The position numbers and the translations under genes were made by a program. A model generated the notes under the pieces. The model made no database searches. It was not told the origin of the DNA and saw only the letters and a list, made by a program, of their open reading frames with translations. From Fidelibacterota bacterium (GTDB lineage: Bacteria > Fidelibacterota > Marinisomatia > Marinisomatales > JABMOV01), in NCBI GenBank assembly GCA_046861395.1, contig JBHHUC010000005.1:4948-68947 (forward strand): 64,000 bases of DNA, read 5' to 3'. Positions 9,924-19,011 of the stretch are shown here, piece by piece. How positions within the stretch are numbered: the first letter of the stretch is position 1; the number at the start of each line of letters is the position of its first letter.

Positions 9924-11678
9924 TTATTGATTCCTTAATCGAATTGTTTTTTTTAGAGATAATTGAGAAATATGATATATTTTATTATCGTTTTCTGTCA
10001 TCTTTTTAGACAGATCTACAAACCACAAATCATCTTTATACGGTTTCATGGAATAATGTTTGTTCCTTAGAGCAAAATATTCCGGAATAACACAATCAAT
10101 TGGTTTGAGCTGAAAATTATTAATTGTATTTCTCTTGGCCCTTAATTCAATTAAATCAGAATTAGCAAACTTATATCCATATTTTACTTCCGTTTTTGTG
10201 ATGATATTCCCACTAATTGCATTTGCTTTTTCAAGCTTCATAAAAAGCCTGTTAATTAATTGATGTTCATTGTACTTATCAATAAACCTGTAGTTGATAT
10301 TATTAACAATAATATATTTCGAGCGTGAACCGAGAATACTTTCAATAATACCAATAGAGATGTCATAAGAATCGACTACTTTTACAACTTCTTTTAATTT
10401 CGCCACTGAGGCTTCATCAAACAATCCGCGCTTTAAAACTATTATATTTTTTATACTATTAGACCCATTAGCCAGAAGGTCCAAGCAGTAATCGTAATAA
10501 TCCTCAATTTTTTCGCTTCCGTAAATAATTTTCGTTACCATACTATTGTGTATCTTTACCTTAAAATCATATTGTTTTAACTTTATGTTTATAGTTCTGA
10601 GATGAGTATCATCCAGGTGCATTCTCAAAAGTCTTAATTTTAATATATTATTGAGTCTCTCATTAATATGACCTTTTACAAGTTCTTGCCAATATCCTTT
10701 ACCCCAATAGTATCGCATTATAAAGTCATAGGATTTAAACAATTTTTTTATTTCCCTGAAGGAATTCAATTCATATTGATTTATTTGCCCACCATGCAAG
10801 GCTTTTAACCAAACACCTTGATAGTCAGGAATTTTTTCTATGGCTTTTTCGAGTATCTCTATTTTTTCAAATTCATTTATTAATTCTAAATCGGAAATAC
10901 TTAAATATGATTTAAGTAATAAATCCAGATTACTTATTTCATCCTCAAAACCTGGATGCATTTTTGATAATTTTACAACGCTTGCACCAGCTTTTTCTTG
11001 TCGTGATAAAAAGTTGTTTAAGTAAATAATATGGTTATGATAACCAACAGCATTCGCATTAAAAACTATCCTGGTGTCACTTAGTTTTAGCCGGATTGCC
11101 AGTTCGGTGTCTTGTGATCCAAATGGTAATGATTCCTGGAATAAACCGATTTTCATAATTACTTCCCGCTTCATTGAAACATTCGGCGCATATAAAAACT
11201 GTGGTGGTACATCTTGATGATTTTTAATTTGGTAATAGGCGAATTGCCAACCACCATTTACAGAATAAAACATAAAAGGACTGATTGCTATGTTCTTTGC
11301 GTATGGTAAATAACCCAGTACAACTATTTCTTCATTAGCGTAATCAGAGTGTGTTGTTAAATGTTCAGATATTAGTTTTCTATCAAAAATAATGTCTTGT
11401 GCAGAAAATAATAAATATTCTCCGCGGGCATTTTTTATAGCAGAATTTGTTGCAGCAGACTGCCCGCTCTTTAAATGTTTTATCATTTTAAAGGAAAATT
11501 GGTATTTACTGTTTAAATATTTTTCATAAGTCCCATCCGTTGATCCATCATCGCATACAACAACTTCAACCTTATCCATGTTAAAATTATTTTTTGCGAT
11601 TGAATTCAATGTATCACCAAGCAGGTTAATACCATTAAAGCTCGGAATAATAATACTGATTAAAGGTCGGTCATTCAT
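9924..11678 (-). CDS. family-2 glycosyltransferase with long uncharacterised C-terminal region
   Basis: The N-terminus 'ISIIIPSFNG...VVVCDDGSTDGT...GQSAATNSAIKNARGEYLLFSAQD' is GT2. The remaining ~350 aa has no motif I recognise. The DNA is very AT-rich. Confidence 0.8.
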   Translation of the reverse strand: MNDRPLISIIIPSFNGINLLGDTLNSIAKNNFNMDKVEVVVCDDGSTDGTYEKYLNSKYQFSFKMIKHLKSGQSAATNSAIKNARGEYLLFSAQDIIFDRKLISEHLTTHSDYANEEIVVLGYLPYAKNIAISPFMFYSVNGGWQFAYYQIKNHQDVPPQFLYAPNVSMKREVIMKIGLFQESLPFGSQDTELAIRLKLSDTRIVFNANAVGYHNHIIYLNNFLSRQEKAGASVVKLSKMHPGFEDEISNLDLLLKSYLSISDLELINEFEKIEILEKAIEKIPDYQGVWLKALHGGQINQYELNSFREIKKLFKSYDFIMRYYWGKGYWQELVKGHINERLNNILKLRLLRMHLDDTHLRTINIKLKQYDFKVKIHNSMVTKIIYGSEKIEDYYDYCLDLLANGSNSIKNIIVLKRGLFDEASVAKLKEVVKVVDSYDISIGIIESILGSRSKYIIVNNINYRFIDKYNEHQLINRLFMKLEKANAISGNIITKTEVKYGYKFANSDLIELRAKRNTINNFQLKPIDCVIPEYFALRNKHYSMKPYKDDLWFVDLSKKMTENDNKIYHISQLSLKKTIRLRNQ

Positions 11679-12822
11679 TGATTACTGTATTGATTTGTTG
11701 TTCCAGCCTACTTGCTTCCGCACTTTGTTCTCCAATACGCCCATTCTGATTATTCCCGACTCGAATAAAAGTATTGGGTTTCGCGATATCGGTTTGATGT
11801 GTGCTTAGAATATCTGTTAACCATCCGGGATATAATCCTTCAAATGATTCCATAAATACAATTACTTCACCTTTCATGTATGATTTAGTACTGTTTATGA
11901 TGAAATCACAAGATTTGTCTTGAGAATGCTTAAAGTCAATATGTCGAATGGTTCTCCGATTGACTTTTATTAAATATTCACATGTTCCATCCGTGGAATA
12001 ATTATCAATAAATAAAACCTCGAAGCTTGGATATTTCGTATTCTTGAGGATTGATTTTGTACACTCATGAGTATATAAAAGTTGATTATATACCGGAATA
12101 ACAATGGATACCAAGGGGTGGGTGTTTTTTACATCAACCTGGGAATGGTCTAGCTTTGGATCAATAACATTTTTTGCGATTGAGCTGAGTTTTTTCTCTA
12201 TCCTCAGAAATTGTTGTATTTTTCCCACTGCCTCCTTAAATGCCTCTCCTAATAAATTCTCATAATTGATATGTATATTTTCATATCCTTCAGCAAAATG
12301 GTCTGCTTGAGAGTTATATTTATCATATAGTTTCCCCGCTTTTTCCCGCGTAAAGCTATCGCGTCGTACCAATGATTTTATCACCGATTCTCGATCTCGA
12401 ATTATTCTGATAATTTTCATATCAGGAGGTAAAAGGTCTTTCCACACCGGGAAGGTTAAACACAGACGCGGATCTTTAATTGCCGCTTGTTTCTTGTCTT
12501 TATAACACTCCAACAACGATTTAATTAATGGATCTATTCGTATACTCTTGACATCCTCTGAATCTGGTGGATCATCCCACGTCCCACCTGCCATCTTTAA
12601 TATTATATCATTGGCCTCCATTACACTATTGCGCTCAAAATATCCCTTGGGATTATCCGGGGTAGATTTCATCAAATCATTATCATCGCTCACATAAAAT
12701 CCGGCCTCATGAAGAATGTTCATCATCATTGATGTACCGCTGCGATGCATTCCCAAGACTATTACAAACTTTTTTGTTTGATATTTTTCTTGTGATTTTA
12801 CTTTTTGCAAAGAATATCCCAT
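11671..12822 (-). CDS. sulfotransferase-glycosyltransferase (GT2) fusion protein
   Basis: The N-terminal half has 'VIVLGMHRSGTSMMMNIL' (PSB loop) and 'IIRDRESVIKSL' (3'-PB-like). The C-terminal half has 'VSIVIPVYNQ...VLFIDNYSTDGT' (GT2 start). Confidence 0.7.
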   Translation of the reverse strand: MGYSLQKVKSQEKYQTKKFVIVLGMHRSGTSMMMNILHEAGFYVSDDNDLMKSTPDNPKGYFERNSVMEANDIILKMAGGTWDDPPDSEDVKSIRIDPLIKSLLECYKDKKQAAIKDPRLCLTFPVWKDLLPPDMKIIRIIRDRESVIKSLVRRDSFTREKAGKLYDKYNSQADHFAEGYENIHINYENLLGEAFKEAVGKIQQFLRIEKKLSSIAKNVIDPKLDHSQVDVKNTHPLVSIVIPVYNQLLYTHECTKSILKNTKYPSFEVLFIDNYSTDGTCEYLIKVNRRTIRHIDFKHSQDKSCDFIINSTKSYMKGEVIVFMESFEGLYPGWLTDILSTHQTDIAKPNTFIRVGNNQNGRIGEQSAEASRLEQQINTVINE

Positions 12823-12835
12823 TTAATTCATTGTT

Positions 12836-13372
12836 TCAGGTTCTCTCAAGGATCCCTTGGATAAACTGATTCTCCGGCTCCAGCTCCCGGGCTCGTTCCA
12901 ACAATAATTGTGCATCTTCGTGGCGGTCCACTTCGGCGTATAATCGTGCCATTCTCACCAGGGTAGCCACATCATCCGGGAAGTTCTGCATGATAATCTG
13001 CAGTGCTCTCAGACCATTTTCATAATCCCCTTCTTCCAGTAAAATTTCGGCATAGTTGCGCTGGGCATCCACGAATTGGGGATCGTATTCGATGGCGGCC
13101 CCGAACAATGTTTTGGCGCTGTCATAATCACCGGTCTGGGCGGCAATGATCCCGGCCAGATTATAGGCTTCTACGTGGTGGGGTTCTACCAGGATGATTT
13201 CATTGAGCTGGGTAATTGCCAAATCATAATTTTTCTCAGCATAGGAACAATAGGCCAAACCATACAAGGCATCGGGGTCCTGGGTTGTGGAAAAACATTG
13301 ATCAAATAGTTTTTTCGCCGCCACAATCTGACCGCTCTCTGCCAGTTTATTAGCCTGTGTTATTGCATTCAT
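12836..13372 (-). CDS. TPR-repeat protein
   Basis: 178 aa made of about four or five 34-aa TPR-like units ('ALYGLAYCSYAEKNYDLAI', 'AYNLAGIIAAQTGDYDSA', and others). A GGAGG SD sits 11 nt after the csrA stop. Confidence 0.8.
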   Translation of the reverse strand: MNAITQANKLAESGQIVAAKKLFDQCFSTTQDPDALYGLAYCSYAEKNYDLAITQLNEIILVEPHHVEAYNLAGIIAAQTGDYDSAKTLFGAAIEYDPQFVDAQRNYAEILLEEGDYENGLRALQIIMQNFPDDVATLVRMARLYAEVDRHEDAQLLLERARELEPENQFIQGILERT

Positions 13373-13383
13373 TTTTTCCTCCT

Positions 13384-13635
13384 CTAATCAACCATTTCTT
13401 CTTCAGCCTGCTTACCGTAAATATTGAACAGGTTTTCCAGAACATGGGTGGATGTCATAATGGATTCCCGGTTTTTATTCCGGATTTTATTATAAACTTC
13501 TTCCCGATATATGGGAATTTCACGGGGAGCCTGAATCCCCAGCTTAATCTGGTCGGCCTCATTGGATAACACGGTAATGACAATATGTTGTCCAACCTGA
13601 ATTTTTTCTCCTTTTTTGCGTGTCAGCACTAACAT
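13384..13635 (-). CDS. csrA: carbon storage regulator CsrA (flagellar-type)
   Basis: 'MLVLTRKKGEKIQVG..I.ITVL......IKLGIQAPREIPIYREEVY' is the canonical CsrA sequence. It lies directly downstream of fliW. Confidence 0.95.
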   Translation of the reverse strand: MLVLTRKKGEKIQVGQHIVITVLSNEADQIKLGIQAPREIPIYREEVYNKIRNKNRESIMTSTHVLENLFNIYGKQAEEEMVD

Positions 13636-13658
13636 GTTCCCTCCATGGATAATTCGGT

Positions 13659-14117
13659 CTATTTCCTGTTTAAGGCATAATTCATGGGCAGCGCCTGCTG
13701 GTCAAGAATGATCTGTCGGCCCGACTTACTGCTCTCATCCACCACAATCGGGGCCCGCAGATTCGCCGTGAATCCCTTTGTCCCCCGGTTGTACTGCAAT
13801 ACCGAATACACACAGACCGAGGTATTTGACATGAGCGTCGGATTGCTTTTCTGCAACGCTTCACTCAATTGGTCGGCAATATCCGGTGGAAGAATTTTCT
13901 TATGCTCGATCATGAGAAAAGCAACTGTGGGATCGTGGTGGGCGTGTAGAATCTTGAATGGTGTAAAACCGGCAACATCACGGACGATGAATTTTGTCAG
14001 TGATTCGAATCCCGGCAGGCCGTAGGAAAACGTGTACACGTCACCCGCTTTCTGATCGTCCTCTGCCAAAATTGAAGCTCCTGAATCCCCGCTGAATTCC
14101 TGGTTTAATAATTCCAT
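13659..14117 (-). CDS. fliW: flagellar assembly factor FliW
   Basis: The 'YTFSYGLPGFESLTKFIV' motif, the ~150-aa size and the flgL-fliW-csrA synteny support the call. Confidence 0.9.
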   Translation of the reverse strand: MELLNQEFSGDSGASILAEDDQKAGDVYTFSYGLPGFESLTKFIVRDVAGFTPFKILHAHHDPTVAFLMIEHKKILPPDIADQLSEALQKSNPTLMSNTSVCVYSVLQYNRGTKGFTANLRAPIVVDESSKSGRQIILDQQALPMNYALNRK

Positions 14118-14121
14118 GATA

Positions 14122-15003
14122 TCACCCTAAAAAATCCAGCAAATTCGTCCTGATCACATCGGATGCCGTCCGTAATGCTGCGTTATAGGAAATTTCTTCA
14201 TTGTTATAGCGTGTAATCGCTTCCACCACGTCCGTATCCTCAATTTGTGATAGATAGGAGGCCAGATTAATGTTGGCCGTGTCCAGTCTCTGACGCGCCA
14301 TTTCCATATGATTCTGGATGGAACCGACACCGGATGCCAGTGATGCGATCTGATCGCTCACATCGCGCAAGGAATTAATCATATCATTGATGGCGGTCTG
14401 ATCATTATCATTCAGAGCATTCTTCAAATCGGTGAGCGCTGAAAAGACCCCCGTATTGGCCAATTGATTGCCGTTCACATTAATGGTCACGCTCAGGCTG
14501 GATCCGATTTTTCGATTGATCTTCCCGCTATTCCCATTGTAGGTCAGCGATCCGTTGGACCAATCAAAAGCCGCTTCTTCCTTGGTCTTGGTACCGGCAA
14601 ACAGATTTTTGCCCAGATACTTGGTATTCACCAGAGAGACAACCTCTTCAATCAGACCGTCAACCTTATCGGCCAGGGCGGCACGATTGGTGGCATTCAA
14701 TGTGTCATTAGCCCCTTGCGTGGCATATCCCTTGGCTTCCATGACCCGGTCCAGAATATGGTTCAGGGCGGAAGATGTCGTCGAAAGCCAGCCGTTGGAA
14801 TTGGTAATGTTCCCCATATATTTTTCATTCTGGTTTATCATTTGGCGATAGCGAGCCATGCGCGTGTATCCCAGGGGATCGTCTGACGGTTTATGGATGG
14901 TTTTCCCGCTGGCAATATCCCGTTGAGCATTATTCATATTTTCATGGCTACGGTTAATGCCGTCCAGGATTGTGCGGGTAATAATGGATTGTGTTATTCG
15001 CAT
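14122..15003 (-). CDS. flgL: flagellar hook-associated protein 3 FlgL
   Basis: 'MRITQS......IN.....M...Q..I.SGK.I.KPSDDP' is a flagellin-like N-terminus. The gene lies downstream of flgK. Confidence 0.9.
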   Translation of the reverse strand: MRITQSIITRTILDGINRSHENMNNAQRDIASGKTIHKPSDDPLGYTRMARYRQMINQNEKYMGNITNSNGWLSTTSSALNHILDRVMEAKGYATQGANDTLNATNRAALADKVDGLIEEVVSLVNTKYLGKNLFAGTKTKEEAAFDWSNGSLTYNGNSGKINRKIGSSLSVTINVNGNQLANTGVFSALTDLKNALNDNDQTAINDMINSLRDVSDQIASLASGVGSIQNHMEMARQRLDTANINLASYLSQIEDTDVVEAITRYNNEEISYNAALRTASDVIRTNLLDFLG

Positions 15004-15021
15004 GACACGCCCACCTTCCTA

Positions 15022-16371
15022 TTAAATCAGGTTTAAAATGGTTTGGATCATTTCATCAGCTGTAATAATCATTTTGGTTGCCGCCTGAAAACCTCGTTCA
15101 TATTCAATCATCTTGGTCATTTCTTCGTCCAGGGATACGGCTGAAACCGAGTCCCGCTGGTTCATCAAACTTTGTACAACTTTCTCCTGGCTCTCGCGCA
15201 TGAATGTCGCTTCCTGGGCCAGGTTTCCCACGCGGCTGACCGTCGTGCGGTAATAATCGGAAATGGATTGATTGCCCACCATGCTGGATTCACGCAGGGA
15301 TGCGATGGCTTGCGCCAGGTTACCGTTGCCCTGCTCACCGATGGTATCCGCAGTGGCAATAATCCTGGCATTATCCAGAATTGAATCCGTTACAGCAAAG
15401 TCTCCGGCGTGTTGCAGGGCAGGATCAAAGAAATTAAATCCCGTATCGTCATCACTGCTGTATCCGGAGCGGTGGAGAGCATTCACATCTTCCGTAATGG
15501 TCTTCGCCAAGGTGTTGATCCGGTCAATCTGATCGGGAATTACATCGTTGATCGTCTGGAGCAGGCCACCGATTACTCCCGATTCGGGTACAAAACTCTT
15601 ATTCGTATTTTTGACACCAATCTCCATGCTGTAATTACTGCCTTCTTCAGTTTGGTTGGCTTCCAGCTCCGATATGGTGGAAGCAGAAAGCAGGATAACA
15701 CCATTAGAAGAAATGGTCAGGGTCTGATCGGATGATTCACGTACATTAATATTCAGTATCGCCGAAAGTTTTTCCACCTGAGCATCCCGTTCATCCAGTA
15801 ATTCATTGGTCACATTGAGGCCCAGTTGCTGATTGATTTTGTAAATCTGATTCAGGATGAGATTGGTTTCCGCCACCTTTTCCTGGACGTCATAGCCGAT
15901 CTGATGTTGGAATTCCGTCATGTCATGGTGCAGGGAATTAAATACATGAGCTACCATCTGCCCCTTGTCCCGGACCCGATAGCGGGCCGCATCATTTTCC
16001 GGATCTGAGGATAAATCCTCCCAGGCATTCCAGAATTGCATCAATGTATTGGCCAGGGCCGAATCCCGCGGTTCTCCGAAAATGTCTTCAACCCGTGTCA
16101 ACAGGCGCTGCGATGTGGAATACTGACCCAATTCATGCTTTTCCTGATATAGCTGTAATTCGGTAAAACGCTGTCGTACCCGTGAGATTGCCTTTGATCC
16201 CTGTACGCCATTCAATCCCGAAAAGCCGATTCCCAGTTTGGAAAGGTCAACCTTGCGCCGTTTAAATCCTTCCGTGTTTACATTGGAAATATTTTTCGCC
16301 GTTGTATTGATGGCAGTTTGGTGCGAAAGCAGGGATCGTTTGGAAATATCGAATATTTTTGAAATTGACAT
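15022..16371 (-). CDS. flgK: flagellar hook-associated protein 1 FlgK
   Basis: The N-terminus '...AKNISNVNTEGFKRR' and the C-terminus 'SLDEEMTKMIEYERGFQAATKMI' are FlgK hallmarks. Confidence 0.92.
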   Translation of the reverse strand: MSISKIFDISKRSLLSHQTAINTTAKNISNVNTEGFKRRKVDLSKLGIGFSGLNGVQGSKAISRVRQRFTELQLYQEKHELGQYSTSQRLLTRVEDIFGEPRDSALANTLMQFWNAWEDLSSDPENDAARYRVRDKGQMVAHVFNSLHHDMTEFQHQIGYDVQEKVAETNLILNQIYKINQQLGLNVTNELLDERDAQVEKLSAILNINVRESSDQTLTISSNGVILLSASTISELEANQTEEGSNYSMEIGVKNTNKSFVPESGVIGGLLQTINDVIPDQIDRINTLAKTITEDVNALHRSGYSSDDDTGFNFFDPALQHAGDFAVTDSILDNARIIATADTIGEQGNGNLAQAIASLRESSMVGNQSISDYYRTTVSRVGNLAQEATFMRESQEKVVQSLMNQRDSVSAVSLDEEMTKMIEYERGFQAATKMIITADEMIQTILNLI

Positions 16372-16379
16372 CTAAACGC

Positions 16380-16901
16380 TCACAATTGAAAATCCAACAC
16401 TGTGGTTGGGGTGGATTCTTCTCGGGAAAGCTGGCCCTTGTTATCATAGAGTTTCGCATCCTTCCGTTCCAGCGATAAAAAGGTTCGGATCAAGCTTTGT
16501 ATGTATTCGATGGATTTCAACAATAATCGACGATTTTCCAGATTGGTCCATTGGATTTCCCTGACAACGCTGCGCAATTCATCCCGGAGCGCTTCCAGCG
16601 TGGACCGGTATTCATCCGGAGCCCGAGCAATAATGTCTTTTAATTTCATGTCTTTTCCATCCGGGGATTCGATTAACCTGGACAGCAAACGGTAGCGTTT
16701 TTCCGAGAAATGATTGGCGGTTCGCAGGGTATATTGTTCTTTTACCAGGATGCCGTCCAATTCAGAAATTTTTCCGGCCACAATCACTTTTGATTTTTGC
16801 CGCATGGTACGCAGGACGTTTTCGTAGAGATCCTTCTCTTCCGTAAGCAGATCAATGCACAATTGCCAGTTCACAGGTTCACTCATATTCGCCTCCTTCA
16901 C
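16380..16901 (-). CDS. flgN: FlgN-like flagellar export chaperone
   Basis: All-helical 173-aa protein immediately upstream of flgK with an 8-nt gap, which is the usual flgN position. Confidence 0.6.
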   Translation of the reverse strand: MKEANMSEPVNWQLCIDLLTEEKDLYENVLRTMRQKSKVIVAGKISELDGILVKEQYTLRTANHFSEKRYRLLSRLIESPDGKDMKLKDIIARAPDEYRSTLEALRDELRSVVREIQWTNLENRRLLLKSIEYIQSLIRTFLSLERKDAKLYDNKGQLSREESTPTTVLDFQL

Positions 16902-17253
16902 CGCTTATGGCAGATAGATCCGGCAGGACATTTTCCTGTAAATCATCCATTTTACCCAGAGCGGATGTGCCCTCTTCCGACAATGATCGATATATCATTT
17001 CGGACAGACCAATGCCGCCGGAACCGGCAATGGCATCGCCCATGATGGAACTGAACATCATGGTGGAAAGGGATTGCCCTGAGCTTTCTTTGGGAATCGT
17101 TTTTTCCATCACCTTGATCAGATGAGACAGAAATACGGCTTCCAGTTCCTTGCTCTTTTCGCGCAGGGCAAGATCATGACCGGAATCCTTTGAGGCGGGA
17201 CGTCCCTGGATAAGCTTAGGAAAGGAGTCGGGAGTTACTTCCATGATGATCAA
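16879..17253 (-). CDS. flgJ: rod-binding protein (FlgJ N-terminal-domain type, no muramidase domain)
   Basis: 'ELEAVFLSHLIKVMEKTIP' is the Rod-binding motif. The protein is 124 aa, and its start overlaps the flgI stop. Confidence 0.8.
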   Translation of the reverse strand: MIIMEVTPDSFPKLIQGRPASKDSGHDLALREKSKELEAVFLSHLIKVMEKTIPKESSGQSLSTMMFSSIMGDAIAGSGGIGLSEMIYRSLSEEGTSALGKMDDLQENVLPDLSAISGEGGEYE

Positions 17254-18392
17254 ATGATAATCAGTTTGGCGTTCAGAGCGCCCGCCTCTTTAATGGATTG
17301 AAATATGGCGATTACATCCCGAGGTTTTAATCCCAGGGCATTCAGAGCGGCAGCCAGATCGCCGACCGTGCTGGTTTTGGGCAGCATGGCAATGGTTGAA
17401 CTTTCCTCCGCCGTGGTTGATGTCTGTGGTACCACCACCGTCTGACCGGAGTTGCTAAACGGGGCCGCTGGCTGGGAAATGATCGGTCGCTGTGAGGTGT
17501 GAATCGTCAGGTTGCCGTGAGAAATCATGACTTCCTGAATATTGACATTGGCACCGGCCACAATGGTGCCGGTCCTTTCATTCAGCACAACCCGCGCTTC
17601 CACGTCCGGCTCCACAAACAGCGTCTCAATACTGGCAATAAAAAAGATAGCATCTTCCTGAGTCATGACCAGTTCCGGGTAATTCACTTCCACCAGAGCC
17701 GAACTGATCGGTCGGGCAATTTGGTTATTGACGACCAATCCATCCGCAGTCGTGTATCCGCCCCGAATGATATTGATTTCCTGGGCTATGCGGCTAGCGG
17801 TCACAAAATCCGGCTCATTCAGGACCAGTCGCAGGGGCTCGTTTAAATCCATGATGGGAGAAGCCAATTCCTTGGTCAGTGTGCCGCCGTTGGGAACACG
17901 TCCAACCAGAGCATGATTTTTCCGCAGACGTTCCCCGCCAATGGTTTCCACATTGAATCCGCCAATGGAAAGAGGCCCCTGGGATTGACCGTAATAATTC
18001 CCTTCCTTGTCCAGCAACGGCGTCATGAGAAGCACGCCGCCTTCCAGCGTTGTTGCATCTCCGATGGAGGAAACAGTAACGTCAAATTTGGATCCCACGC
18101 GGCCATAAGACGGGGTGGTCCCTGTCACCATTACGGCTGCGACATTCCGGATGCGTAATTCATTTTTAGGGACTGTAATTCCAAATCGTTCCAGCATATT
18201 ACTAATTGTTTGAACAGTAAAGACCGCACCGTGACGTACATTGCTCCGGTCGCCTGTGCCGTTCAGTCCCACCACCAGGCCATAACCGATGAGGGCCTCC
18301 TGCGTTGTGTTTTCGATGCTGGCAATGTCCTTCAGACGTACCTGTCCTGATAAAACCAGGGATAGACAAAGAGTAATAACGGTTATTCTCAT
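17250..18392 (-). CDS. flgI: flagellar P-ring protein FlgI
   Basis: 'RLKDIASIE....L.GYGLVVGLNGTGD' and the C-terminus 'LNALG..P.D.IAI.Q.IK.AGAL.A.L' support the call. Confidence 0.95.
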   Translation of the reverse strand: MRITVITLCLSLVLSGQVRLKDIASIENTTQEALIGYGLVVGLNGTGDRSNVRHGAVFTVQTISNMLERFGITVPKNELRIRNVAAVMVTGTTPSYGRVGSKFDVTVSSIGDATTLEGGVLLMTPLLDKEGNYYGQSQGPLSIGGFNVETIGGERLRKNHALVGRVPNGGTLTKELASPIMDLNEPLRLVLNEPDFVTASRIAQEINIIRGGYTTADGLVVNNQIARPISSALVEVNYPELVMTQEDAIFFIASIETLFVEPDVEARVVLNERTGTIVAGANVNIQEVMISHGNLTIHTSQRPIISQPAAPFSNSGQTVVVPQTSTTAEESSTIAMLPKTSTVGDLAAALNALGLKPRDVIAIFQSIKEAGALNAKLIII

Positions 18393-18393
18393 A

Positions 18394-19011
18394 TTAATTT
18401 GCCCTCATAATGGACATGACTACCAACCCGCCGATCATGGCCTTTGATAACCAGCGCTGGCCCCAGCCCGGTCGGCCGACTTTATTAGCCAGTCCGGTTT
18501 TTTTATACGAGATCGTGGCATCGGCAATGTTATAGGAATAAATCGTGTTGTTATTCAATATGTCCCGGGACCGTACCGTTCCCTGCAGTTGCATCATATT
18601 TTCTTCACCGTTAACATTCACCAGGCGCTCTCCATAGATGGAAAACAATCCTTTGCCCATATCTTCCACGATAGTGGCCGTGATTTTCCCCGTTAATTGT
18701 TCTTTTTGTTTCGTGCCATCATTGCCATCGAAAGATGTGGCTGTGCTGCCCCGGGCACCGAATACCGGAAGAAAATTGGATAGATTTCCTGAAACCGAAC
18801 TTTCGGCCGATGCATCGGTGCGGGAAGAATTATTCACCGAAGATTCGCGGGACGCATTGGCCTGCTCCACAATAAGGACGGTTACCACATCACCGACTTC
18901 TCTCGCCTTCAGATCGGCATACAACGACGGAAACCCCTGAGCGGTCAACACATCGGCAACCATAAGCAAGATCGCCACACAGAGACTGGTCGATTTAATA
19001 AACATTTTCAT
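18394..19011 (-). CDS. flgH: flagellar L-ring protein FlgH
   Basis: 'SLYAD.KAREVGDVVTVLIVEQ' and '...NGEENMMQLQGTVRSRDI' are the FlgH pattern. A signal peptide is present. Confidence 0.92.
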   Translation of the reverse strand: MKMFIKSTSLCVAILLMVADVLTAQGFPSLYADLKAREVGDVVTVLIVEQANASRESSVNNSSRTDASAESSVSGNLSNFLPVFGARGSTATSFDGNDGTKQKEQLTGKITATIVEDMGKGLFSIYGERLVNVNGEENMMQLQGTVRSRDILNNNTIYSYNIADATISYKKTGLANKVGRPGWGQRWLSKAMIGGLVVMSIMRAN

